DNA of 63,924 nt, the filler included, from Octopus bimaculoides (taxonomy: Eukaryota), in the NCBI RefSeq assembly GCF_001194135.2. It is 6 parts of 6 records of this genome, joined end to end, with 100 filler letters (N's around TTAATTAATTAA, not from the genome) between each part and the next. Parts side by side here need not be neighbours in the genome. Positions count along the whole stretch, not along the records: positions 42,526 to 56,047 come from NC_069004.1; positions 56,148 to 62,648 come from NC_069006.1; 4 more parts are not named here. The stretch is one strand, 5' to 3'. Each line of letters begins with the position of its first letter. Position 1 is the stretch's first letter. The notes beneath the pieces are model-generated. The model did no database searches. It was not told the origin of the DNA and saw only the letters and a program-made list of their open reading frames with translations. Position numbers and translations under genes: made by a program. Of the stretch, positions 49,541 to 61,580 are shown piece after piece.

Positions 49541-50301
49541 CCAGAAATCTAATAACGATGTACAAGGTGAATCATTTTAGTGTGGTGTGTCGAAATTTCC
49601 GTAGTACTACTGGCATTGAAGTGTCACTTACATGTATTCTCAGCTAAATGGTTACAGGTAAGCTTTTTCTGAAGTTTCACTAGCACACGTCACAGGTTCA
49701 TCATCCTTTGGTACATACATACAGATAGATACAAATAAACATGCTTTCATACATATATAGATTACATGTTCAGGTTTATACTTGTAATTATTGGGCCCTG
49801 GGAGTATGTATCACACTGCCTAGATACCAATCTTGAGAAATTAGGCTTCTCAAAACCAGAAAGGAGAAGCTAATTCGAAGACTACAGATGAAAACCATCA
49901 CAGGAACTGTAAAAATCTGAAAAACTTTCCAGAAGTCTATCATATAAGTATATATGAGCATGTTTAGATATGCAATTGCATGCATGAAAATACATACATA
50001 AAACAAAACATACATGCATAATACATGCATACATACATACATACATACATACATACATACATGCATACATACATACATGCATGTAGATATACATACATAC
50101 ATGCATGCATACATACATGCGTACATACATACATACATAGATACATACATACATACATACATACATACACTGTTGATGTTGAAATTCCAATGAAGGAGAC
50201 TTGAATCTAGGTTAGAAACCGGGTCCTTCTCTATTGCTAAGAAATTTTGAAATAAAACTGAATTAATGACATACATACAAAAAATACAGATATAAACAGC
50301 T

Positions 50302-50624
50302 GGTACTCCGTCGGTTACGACGACGAGTGTTCCAGTTGATTTGATCAATGGAACACCCGGCTCGTGAAATTATCGTACAAGTGGCTGAGCACTGCACAGA
50401 CACACGTACCCTTAACGTAGTTGTCAGGAGATTCAGCACGACATCTGATGTAACAAGACTGCCCCCTTTAAATACAGATATTACTCATTTTTGCCCGTTG
50501 AATGGATAGCAGCATCGGGAAATAAAGTGTCTTGCTCAAGAACACAACACACTGCCAGGAATCGAACTCACAACCACACAATCATGAGCTGAATACTCCT
50601 AACCATTAGACTACACGCGTTCAC
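50302..50624 (-). mobile_element. SINE family D, full length (own tRNA-like head, CORE/V-like middle, D tail)
   Basis: Minus-strand head GTGTAGTCTAATGGTTAGG...GAGTTCGATTCC, GTGTTCTTGAGCAAGACACTTTATT, then the tail shared with 25262 and 33175. Confidence 0.88.
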
Positions 50625-51032
50625 ATACATACATACATACATACATACATACATACATACATACATACATACATGCATGCATACATGCATACAAAAGAAA
50701 CTAACGCGGGTTCTCCAAATCGATTCTATTAGTGACACTGAATATTTGAAAGACATTCCAAAGATTCTCCATCTGAGATTTTAATATGAATAGATGCATA
50801 CATTTGGGTGCATGCATCGACAGTTCAACCAACACACCAACTCAACCACATATTTACAAACACCGGGAACTCTCGTCACTCAAAATGTCTTGTCGCTTTG
50901 TTAGCGATCGGCCTGAACTCTCTCAAGAAGAACCTAAATAAAACTAAAAAAAAAAACACAACATACATTCATAAATACACACACGCACACACACACTCAC
51001 ACACACACACACACACACACATGGTTATAGAA

Positions 51033-51207
51033 GAATGTTCTTGATAGTGACATCGAAGTTGTAAGCCATCGTCGGACTGTGGTGCATTAAAGTTAGTCTT
51101 GTCTTTATATAGTTTCTGTTGAGTTAAAATTATAATTGGACCCGTTGCACCGCAGTCCGACAATGACTTAGCTGGTCGAAACTTCGAAGTCACTGTTAAC
51201 AACATTC
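51033..51207. repeat. Inverted repeat, about 55-60-bp arms, 59-nt spacer
   Basis: GAATGTTCTTGATAGTGACATCGAAGTT..TAAGCCATCGTCGGACTGTGGTGCA (51033-51086) versus reverse complement of 51146-51207 GAATGTTGTTAACAGTGACTTCGAAGTT..TAAGTCATTGTCGGACTGCGGTGCA. Confidence 0.88.
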
Positions 51208-52758
51208 CTGTATCAGAATAATAAATTTGTACTCTACAAGAGTATAAAGTAACTCATCAGATTAGTGGAAAATTATTTTGATTATAACTGACCATAAAAA
51301 TAAACATTAATATAATATATAGTGTGTGCAAAGAAGTAATGTTTATCGCCACATCATTACTACTGTTTTTAACCTCAGGAAGAACCTCCTCCAGTTGGTT
51401 ATCAATGCAAACTACACCTAGTATATATTGCAAGCATGGGAGCAAACCCCTACCATCTTCTAGCAGACGACAGGATCACCAGACCAAACTGTTTCGGGCT
51501 ATTTGTGCCCATTGGCAGTGGTGAGCGCCCGGCCGCTAGAGATAGCAGGAATTCACTTCAGCTCACAGTTTATTATAGAGATTATGTAACAAATTATACT
51601 TTACACTTCTATATTTAACTGTGCTGTATATTCCTTATTTTTGATTCTGGTGCCTTTCTATTAGAACCGTTTACATGGGAATTTACTTAAAGTGCAAAAA
51701 ATCGTATGTAACAGGTAAGTCGTGTTAATAACATATATCTATGTACCAGACATTTAGCTGTTATTATGAACATGAGTTTTCTGATGAGGGCTTCATTTGC
51801 CTTCATTGCCTGTTGCTTCAATAGAAATCTAGGGATGCACAAACGCACAAAACAGAAAATATAACAAATATGGACGACTTGTTCCGAAACACCCCCGAGT
51901 GGGGAACAGTTCTCGAAAATATCCTCCAATTGTTTTCTCCCAAAATTCCTATATGCTCGAAATCTACATAGTATAAGCTGAATTTTTATTCAATTTCATT
52001 AAAAAATATCCATTTTTCTGAAAGTTATGATCATCCAAAGTCTGTATGTCCTGTTGACAATTGATCAATTAAATGAAATCTTCGTATGAAATTTTTTTTG
52101 TCACATACACACATACACTCACATCGGTATATATCTTACACAAGTAGAAAGCCGGAGAAGAATATAAAAATGAAAGTAACTTCAAAAATTCTTTTTTTTT
52201 TTTTTATCTGAAATCGTCACAACTGTAAAGATGTACACATACATGTGTGTGTTTGTAAATAGCTGGTTATTTAGTTTCTACGTTGACTTTGACAAAACAG
52301 TTAAATGAAAGTGTTAATAAGTCGACTTGCGCCAAGAATAATCACATGGGATTTAAATGTGAAATATGAAGTCTTAATAAGACGACTTGTTCCAAAAATG
52401 TCCGAAATATGTATAGGAAAATCAAAGTACAATACACAGTACCTCTTTAATTAATTGATAAAAAGGCGTCTGTCTCCGTATGAAATTATTTTTCTGACAT
52501 GAAAGTATCTTTAGATATTCTTTTTTATCAGAAGTCATCACAACTGTAATGATCTATATATATACGCGTGTGTGTGTGTGTGTAAATAGGTGGTTAGGAC
52601 GCCAAAGACAGGAAGTTCAAACTCTGAAGATCGTATTATTTTTTCCAAGGTCCAATTATTCATGTACCCCAAGCATATTGAGCCAGAGATTTGGGCGTGC
52701 ATTGAGGACACACACACAGACAGAGTATTTTATATATTAAGATATACGTATGTATATA

Positions 52759-53431
52759 CAGTGGAAGTCTCTGTATACGAACATAATCCATTTTAGAGGG
52801 CCTTGTTTGTTTGTTAGATGAGTAATTAAAATACATAATAGGGATAACCCATTCCCGATAAACATCCAACTCCCCATAAAGGTATTAAATGATGTCTCAT
52901 CTGTCCATCCATGAATATTAAATATATAAATATGTATGTGTGTGTGTGTGTGTGTGTGTTTGTGTGAGCGCGTTTTCTTTTGTTTTGCTTTTGTCGACCC
53001 ATGGTTAATTTTTGAGCTAAAAATATGTGAGACATTATTATTTTCTATATAAAGTATGAAAATCTAGAAGCTACATGAAATGCATACATGAACATCAACG
53101 AACCGTTAGCATATGCTGTCCCAGACACTTACGTGCGTGTTCTACTCGTTGTTTGGTCGTTCAAATTTCAGCTCGCTGCAGAAAAACTGTTCATTATACA
53201 ATTTGTCCGTTTTGCGTACCGTTCGTGTTTGCTCTCCCAGCAGTTAAATCCGTACTTTGTCTTGCTTGTGTTTTATTGCTCAAATTTCAGTTCGTCAAGT
53301 TGAAGACCTCCCAGTCACTCATAGTCTGCTTGAAGACGATAAAAACAAAAACAAAAAAAAAACAGCAACTTATTATGCGCGTTTCGTTTTTCTTCTAACA
53401 AGCCGTTCGTATATGGGTACTACCTTCACTG
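52759..53431. mobile_element. pogo/Tigger-like non-autonomous element
   Basis: TA|CAGTGGAAGTCTCTGTATACGAAC ... GTTCGTATATGGGTACTACCTTCACTG|TA: degenerate TIRs with TA TSD. Confidence 0.55.
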
Positions 53432-53559
53432 TATATGCATATACACGAATACGTACATACATACATACGTACATACATACGTACATACATACATGTATAC
53501 ATACTCACACACATACACACAGACACAAACATACGTATATAAAAGCAAAATATGTACAA

Positions 53560-53810
53560 CATGAAGTGACTTCTGGATGGTTCTGTGGTCCTGAATACAT
53601 TTGCTGCAAGGTGTTAAACGGTTGGAACGAGGCTGTTTTTGGAAATCGAAGAAGACTAGAATTTTATTGTAGGAAAGTAACTGAGGCATGGCGAGTAAGT
53701 GAAGTATGGAAGGCAGTAAGAGTTTTGGCATGTTGTTGTGATGGCTTAAAACACGAAGCAAAAGTAAATATTTTGAAAAAACTCCCGGTGATTGAATTTA
53801 AAGAGTAAAC
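53560..53810 (-). mobile_element. Possible L2/Jockey-group LINE 3-prime relic
   Basis: Minus strand loosely resembles the terminal ..SFFPRT..LWN.LP..VF region; heavily decayed. Confidence 0.25.
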
Positions 53811-53892
53811 TGTAAATTTACTACACCCATCGATTACTGCTATTGATGAGGTGGAAGTTGTTTGTATTGTTATTGGAGGGCTTGGAAATAAT

Positions 53893-53944
53893 CAATATCG
53901 TCATCATCATTATCATCATCACCACCACGACCACCACCACCACC

Positions 53945-53989
<45 letters not shown>

Positions 53990-54022
53990 GTCCTCGTCGT
54001 CGTCGTCGTCGTCGTCTCATCG
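53893..54022. repeat. (CAT/CAC/CGT)n tract
   Basis: Visible repeat. Confidence 0.95.
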
Positions 54023-54424
54023 TCAACCTCTGGATGTTACTGTCTCGAGTCCCAGAGCATATAGGAACAGCTACCCGGTTTCAATGGCGTATAAGTGATC
54101 AAAATTACAACATTTCTCATTGAACAGGACAACAGTGTGGTTTGACCGCATTCAACTTGAAAAGAGGTTTTCCATTTGTTACGTCTATTTTGCAAATGTA
54201 TGTATTCTACGTATGAGTTCATATTTGTGGCTGTCTGTGCAATTGAGCGTGTTTGGTAGTTAGGTCTCTGTATGCAACCAGAGCTGAACGATGACAAATA
54301 GATGCTGCTTACCATTCTCCTGACTTCGCTAAGTACCCGCGCCGAGTCTTGAATTAATCAGTGGTACCAGAATGTTAAATCTTATGGCCTAAAATGCCCG
54401 ACTCACCAGTATCAGGCAGTTGAT

Positions 54425-54990
54425 GAGCAGAATTTGTAGTTTAGCGTCGATAAAAATGTTCTACTTTAATTGTTTCGGCTCCTTTACATTCTGATATCAA
54501 ATCCTCTCAGGTCAACTTTGTTTGTCATCCATTCAACAAAATAAAGTACGAATCAAGTACTGGGATTAATGGTATTCATTAATCCTCTCCCCTGAAAATT
54601 CTTATCCTTGAGCCTGAATCAGAAATATCGTTGTTGCTTCGCTCCTGATGTTGCCATCAGAGTGTTCTTTCTTTTATTATTTAACATGCTGAAGGCGGCG
54701 AGCTGCCAAAATCATTAGTACGCAGGGCATGAAGCTTCGCGGCATTTCGCTTGCCTTAACGTTCTGAGTTCAAATTCTGCCGAGGTTGATTTTGCCTTTC
54801 ATCCTTTTGGGTTCGATAAAATAAGTACCAGTTGAATGTAATCGACCTATCTTCCTTCCCTGAACTTGCTGGCCTTGTACCAAAATTTGAAATTATTATT
54901 TATCGTGCTAAAGGCGGAAAGATGGCAGAATCGTCACCGCGCCGGAAAAATTTCTTAGCGGCATTTCTCCCGACTTGACGTTCTGAGATT
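54425..54990 (+). mobile_element. Three head-to-tail SINE-A copies of different divergence (about 54425-54640, 54692-54900, 54911-54990 truncated)
   Basis: AAGGCGGCGAGCTGCCAAAATC...GAGTTCAAATTCTGCCGAGG...GCCTTGTACCAAAATTTGAAATTATTATT, then AAGGCGGAAAGATGGCAGAATCG; the first copy is much more decayed. Confidence 0.8.
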
Positions 54991-54992
54991 CC

Positions 54993-55240
54993 ACCGACAC
55001 ATGTACCCTTAACGTAGTTCTCATAGTGATTCAGCGGGATAAAGGGTGTGATAAGGTTGGCCCTTTGAAACTCAGCGGGACAGAGGGTGTGATATAGTTG
55101 GCCCTTTGAAGTCCTGAGTGGACTGGGGCAACGTGGAATAAAGCGTCTTACTCAAGGACACAACGTGTCGCCGGGAATCGAACTCACAATCTTGCGATCA
55201 TGAGCCCAATACCCTTAACCACTAAGCCATGCGCCTTCAT
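54993..55240 (-). mobile_element. SINE family D with an internal 41-bp tandem duplication (55031-55111)
   Basis: GTACCCTTAACGTAGTTCTC...(TCAGCGGGA..AGGGTGTGATA.GGTTGGCCCTTTGAA)x2...CTCAAGGACACAAC...GGAATCGAACTCAC...AACCACTAAGCCATGCGCC. Confidence 0.88.
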
Positions 55241-55254
55241 GCATACGCACAGAC

Positions 55255-55358
55255 AGACATTTCAGTTTCCGTCCACCAAACCCACTCACAAGGCTTCGGT
55301 CGGACCGAGGCTATGGTAGAAGAAACTTGCCCAAGGTGCCACAACCATGCTTGCGCCT
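55255..55358 (-). mobile_element. SINE family B core fragment
   Basis: CAGTTTCCGTCCACCAAACCCACTCACAAGGCTTCGGTCGGACCGAGGCTATGGTAGAAG..CTTGCCCAAGGTGCCAC. Confidence 0.9.
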
Positions 55359-55973
55359 AGATATATTTTATTAATATTCAGCAGAAATAAGAGAGTGACT
55401 GAAGAGGAGAGGAATTTGTGGATTAGCTCTTATCAAACAAGTTACAATAAACTTTGTAACTAGTGCGTCAAGTGTTACCGCACGAAACTCTCGGCCATCG
55501 AATCCCAATCTTACTTTTGCCAAATATTACATAAAAAAAATATATAGGCTACAGATATTTAAATTCTGCAAGGGGAATCAATTTCTTTTTTTACTTTGTA
55601 CACCAGTATGTGTGTGGGTATCCATGTATGTCTATCCATCTGCATTTACACACATAAACACTCACATACANNNNNNNNNNCACACACACACACGCGTACA
55701 TATATACACATAAGCATGCATACCTACGCCATGTACATGTGTATGTGTGCGCATATGCATACATGTACATCTACATGCATTTACGCACATATGTATGTAC
55801 ACCTTCCTACACGCATGTACTACTAAGTGTCTTATAGGGGTTAAATTAAGAAAAACCAGTGTGTCGGAAGCTAGATGTTGTCATGGTGATAATATAATAA
55901 CGAAGTCACGCCTCCGAGCAAAAGACAACTCTGGGGGGAATTGAAGAAAAGAACATAAAAACCACCTGCACAT

Positions 55974-56004
<31 letters not shown>

Positions 56005-56942
56005 AATACACATACATATATACATATGTATGTATATATATTGTATANNNNNNNNNNNNNNNNNNNNNNNNNNNNNNNNNNNNNNNNNNNNTTAATTAAT
56101 TAANNNNNNNNNNNNNNNNNNNNNNNNNNNNNNNNNNNNNNNNNNNNAAAAAAAAAAAAAAAAAAAAAAGATGATAAAAAAAAAAACGTGTCTGATTGAA
56201 ATGGTGAAGATAACGAAGCTTTACATATTTAATCTTAACACATTGCGGCAGATTCGGACACGAAGATGCTAATCGTTGTTGTGTTTTGTCAGAGGAAAAC
56301 GACTTCACCTTCACGACGAATGAGTGTTGATAAGACAATCGATTCATAAGTGCAAGGGACTCTGGGAAAACCTTGGTTTCGACATTACTGAGCTTCTCAG
56401 ACAAAACCTACCTCAAACTAATGAATCTAATAACAAATCGAAAGGCCTTGTTTATAATTTCAGCAAACAAATTGTTTGCTGATACGTGCCGACGATATCT
56501 ACCAGACGATAATAAATCGCCATATGCATGGTGCACGGTGTGGATAGTTATCAATATGCACTCTGCATCTTATCTATAAAACGAAGGCAAATGCTCAACG
56601 GAGAATATAATTAAGATATAATTGGGGCGTGTAATGATAATAAGAAAATTGTAATCGCTATATAAACAGAGTATATACATAAATTAAGGCTTGTAAACAT
56701 ATTTATTTTGACTTATCTTCGCAATCTGACCTGATTTTCATGTGAAGCAAATATCGTACGTACATACATGAATCCATACATATGCACAGATCCACAAATA
56801 CACATGAGCGCACATGTATGCATGCATGCATACATGTATGTATGTAAGCATGTATGTATGTATGTATTATGTATCTATTTTTATATTTTTGCGTACGTAT
56901 GACTTCATCCGAGTGCATTGTATGTTTATAACTATGTATAAC

Positions 56943-56973
<31 letters not shown>

Positions 56974-57714
56974 NNNNNNNNNNNNNNNNNNNNNNNNNNN
57001 NNNNNNNNNNNNNNNNNNNNNNNNNNNNNNNNNNNNNNNNNNNNNNNNNNNNNNNNNNNNNNNNNNNNNNNNNNNNNNNNNNNNNNNNNNNNNNNNNNNN
57101 NNNNNNNNNNNNNNNNNNNNNNNNNNNNNNNNNNNNNNNNNNNNNNNNNNNNNNNNNNNNNNNNNNNNNNNNNNNNNNNNNNNNNNNNNNNNNNNNNNNN
57201 NNNNNNNNNNNNNNNNNNNNNNNNNNNNNNNNNNNNNNNNNNNNNNNNNNNNNNNNNNNNNNNNNNNNNNNNNNNNNNNNNNNNNNNNNNNNNNNNNNNN
57301 NNNNNNNNNNNNNNNNNNNNNNNNNNNNNNNNNNNNNNNNNNNNNNNNNNNNNNNNNNNNNNNNNNNNNNNNNNNNNNNNNNNNNTATATATATATATAT
57401 ATATATATATATCTGCCTGTCTGTCTAGATACCAGTCTGCCTGCCTGTCTGTCTGTTCAGACATCTATCAATCTATCTATCTACTTGTCTGTCTGCCTGT
57501 TTGTATACCTGTCTGTCTGTCCGTTTGTTTGTTTGTCTGTCTGAGCCCACAAACAGCTGAATGTATAGTGTGTGTGTGTGTGTGTGTGTGTATGAAATTA
57601 TGTATGTATGTAATATCTATATTGGCGTATACGCAGCAGTCTGATTAAGGTACTTTTGTGTATGTGTGTGTGTGGGGGTATACATTTATGCAGAAATATA
57701 TAATAATAATAATA

Positions 57715-57992
57715 ATAGGTCTGATCAATAAGTGCCCGCAATGTTGCCATAGTAACGAAGCTAAAGCACGGACAGTGAAGCCGCTTGGCACAGATCGACC
57801 TTGAACTCTGCTGTGCATGCGCACTAAGTTTTAACGTTCTAGCACACTTCCGCCGTTTACAGAAGTGCGAGGAAGGAATGCGTGTAGCGTGTGATCATCG
57901 CATTGACGATGACAGAGAAAGCTGAGCAGAGAATCTGCATCAAATTTTACCAAAAGCTTGGCGGTACCTGTTCAAAGAACTACGCAGTTTTC
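57715..57992 (+). mobile_element. Mariner element 5-prime end (TIR plus transposase start)
   Basis: TA-flanked GGTCTGATCAATAAGT TIR-like start; ATG at 57909: MTEKAEQRICIKFYQKLG. Confidence 0.8.
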
Positions 57993-58170
57993 AAAAAGTT
58001 TTCATCGTTCCCGACATAATCAAGATTTTGTGCAACTGAAACCCGAGTGTATTTTTGGTCATCTGAAAGTAGTTTTGGCTCAAACTTGGCAGACATGCGT
58101 CTCATACGCAAATCTTCAGTGATAATGGACTGATCTGAACCATAACTAATCTGCACATCCTCCGATCACT
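57985..58170 (-). mobile_element. Mariner transposase internal fragment, inverted relative to the adjacent 5-prime end
   Basis: Minus-strand SEDVQISYGSDQSIITEDLRMRRMSAKFEPKLLSDDQKYTRVSVAQ..DYVGNDENFLK (SAKWVP-L motif region). Confidence 0.85.
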
Positions 58171-58173
58171 CAC

Positions 58174-58231
58174 AGCCGTTATTTAATTAATTAAGTAAGA
58201 TGGGGCTTACTTAATTAATTAAATAATGGCT
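58174..58231. repeat. Near-perfect 26-bp-arm hairpin, 6-nt loop
   Basis: AGCCGTTATTTAATTAATTAAGTAAG ATGGGG CTTACTTAATTAATTAAATAATGGCT; one mismatch, which is G-U on the plus strand. Confidence 0.9.
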
Positions 58232-58496
58232 TTATAACACCAAAGATCCACTTCTCGTTGTTATTTATTCCTCCATTTTCTTATCATCTATATATACATT
58301 AAACTACGGTCTACCTTTAAATTATCCACTACCGTATACCTTATAACAAGGGCCATACATACTGAGGTAATTACCAGGAGTGCATCTGGATACATCTATC
58401 CCTTACATGGTTTTCATACATCTAACTTGTATCTTATATATACATATATATGTATTATATATACGTATATATACACACACGCACACATATATATAG

Positions 58497-58537
<41 letters not shown>

Positions 58538-58615
58538 TTAGGGACAAAATCCAAAATTACAGGTAAAAAACTCAATTAAAATCAATTTATAAAAATTAAA
58601 ATTAAATTGAGCCTT

Positions 58616-58778
58616 ATATTTTGTATCTCATTCCAGGTCTTTTCTTCAAATGCCAAATGCATCTCAAAGAGCTTCGTTATGTTTACGTATAGGCATATCA
58701 ATAGTCATTTATGAAACAGATGTTTGTACACGTACGTTTGCACACGTACATAAATTCGTGTATATATACATACATATA
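58616..58778 (+). repeat. 163-bp exact direct repeat, copy 1 (copy 2 at 59408-59570)
   Basis: Base-by-base identical, offset 792 bp. Confidence 0.95.
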
Positions 58779-58872
58779 TACATACATTTATTGTGCTTTT
58801 AATTATTAATTTTTCTATATGTGATAGTGGATTTTCATCGATGAGTTCTTGAAAATTGATTATTTTCCCTAA

Positions 58873-58937
<65 letters not shown>

Positions 58938-59407
58938 AGTGTGCATACATGCATACACGATATGTATATATTCCGTTGTGAATACAAGACTGAGCATGCG
59001 CGCACATACGTACCCAGATACGTGCAGTATTTATTCGTGTGTGTGCGTGTGTGTGTGTGAGTGTGTGTGTGTATATTTATATATTAATGCCCGCGAGTGT
59101 ATAATTTCATGACAGTTGCATTTCCTATTTAATATGTCAGAATATATTAGGGCCTGCATATACAACGATAACATATACACCCACCCACATATACACCCAA
59201 CCACAATGCACATAATGTACATAGGGCATCCTCATGTAAATATCTACTGGTATGGTTGAGTGCATACCCTCGTATACCCCTTGTATTTCGAATATGAATT
59301 AATATGCTTGATATATATATGTAATACATTTATATGTGTCAGTATATATATATATACGAATCCCCTCACCACGCACCTAGAGTTCTGCTTCATTTTCTGC
59401 GGTCTCG

Positions 59408-59570
59408 ATATTTTGTATCTCATTCCAGGTCTTTTCTTCAAATGCCAAATGCATCTCAAAGAGCTTCGTTATGTTTACGTATAGGCATATCAATAGTCAT
59501 TTATGAAACAGATGTTTGTACACGTACGTTTGCACACGTACATAAATTCGTGTATATATACATACATATA
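59408..59570 (+). repeat. 163-bp exact direct repeat, copy 2
   Basis: Identical to 58616-58778. Confidence 0.95.
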
Positions 59571-59574
59571 CAAA

Positions 59575-59630
59575 TACATATATTACATGTGCGTGTTATC
59601 TATCTATCTATCTGTCTGCCAATCTGTCTG

Positions 59631-59662
<32 letters not shown>

Positions 59663-59713
59663 CCTATCTATATATATACATATTTATCTATTTCTCTATC
59701 CATCTATCTATCA

Positions 59714-59780
<67 letters not shown>

Positions 59781-60022
59781 CGCACGCGTACATACACACG
59801 TATGTATATCTGTGTGTGTGCTTTCATGTATGTGTCTTCGTGGTGTGTGTCGGTGAGTCTCCATACATATAGTATTACGAGATAGAAAACTGTTTTTTGC
59901 ATACATGTAAGTATCACTTGGTTATATCAATAACCGCATATATATACACGTGTATGCACACGTATGTACGACAGATCGAGAGACGTAATACACTGCCATA
60001 TTGTTTATATACGTACGTAATG

Positions 60023-60053
<31 letters not shown>

Positions 60054-61477
60054 TGTATGTATATACACACACATATATGTATATATGTATGTATGAATGT
60101 ATGTACGTACGTACGTATGTATGTATGTATGTATGTGTATGTATGTATTATGTATGCATATGCAAATATGTACGCGTTCTCAAACACAGATAGGGTTTCA
60201 CTGGTGTGCCTATACGCATGCGTGTCATGCGCAATGTATGCGTATGTTAATATTTACACATTTGCTTCATTGGTGAGATGAATGCAAGACAATATGGCGC
60301 TGCCTGGTGAAATTGCAACAACGAAACGAGGTTAAAATATCAGGTTTTTATGAGAACGAAATAGAAAAAAAAAAAAACGGTAGAAGGTAAGAGATGAAAA
60401 AATACACGTATTATTGTAAAAAAAAAAGTATGATATAAAAGCTATATGTCTGCAAATAATAATAACAATAATAATAAAAATAAAAATGATGATGTTAATA
60501 ATAATAATAATAATAATATCAACAACAACCATGTTCTTTTCTTTTATTGCCACAAGGGCGATGGATGAGGGGACGTTGCACGTTCCAAATAATAATGATA
60601 ATATCAATATCAATAATAATAATAATAATAATAATAATGAAGAAAGTGAAGGATAGCTACAGGCGTTCCAATAAAGGTAAATAAACCATAAAAAAAGCAA
60701 TTCACTTAAGCATGAAACAGAACGAAAAATGGCTGTTTGTGTAAGTGCAAGTGTGTGCGTATGTGTGTGTGTGCATGTACATATATATATAGGTGTGTGT
60801 ATATGTGTGCGTACACACGCACATACATACACACACAGACACATATATATGCACATATCTTCTCATATATATATATTCATTAATGTATATATACGTACAT
60901 GTCATATACCTATATATATATATATATGTATATATATGCACATATATATATATATACATATATACAAATAATACACACACACACACGCACACACACAAAC
61001 ATATACATATATGTATGTATGTATGTATTTATATATCTAAATTTCTTTAGCATTTGCCATATATATAATACACGCACGCACATAGACTTACATGTTATAT
61101 ATACGGATATATAAATTAATATATATAATTATATATATTTATATATATATATATATATGTATATACACAAATATATATGTATGTATATATCTATATGTAT
61201 ACTCGTGTGTGTGTGTATACTCGTGTGTGTGTGTATACTCGTGTGTGTATGTTTTTGTACACCATGTATATGTAGACATATAATATATATGTGTGTGCAT
61301 TTGTAATCATATACACATACATACTTACACATGCAGAGATACATGTCTATTGATATGGACGTATATATTTATATGTACATCACCAGCAGAGGCCAATGAA
61401 TTATTGTTATTTCTATATTTGGCTATTGAATTAGGAAAACCATAAGTTTTTATTCATATACATATATACATACATAC

Positions 61478-61510
<33 letters not shown>

Positions 61511-61580
61511 TGTATGTTTGTATGTATGCATGCATGTATGTATGTATGTATGTATGTATGTATAAACGTACATACATATA
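59575..61580. repeat. Dense compound microsatellite region
   Basis: (CTAT), (TA), (TG), (TATG), (AAT) runs. Confidence 0.9.

Noticed and set aside
53257-53808. 183-aa plus ORF
   Set aside because: Built from microsatellite plus the probable antisense of a LINE 3-prime relic.
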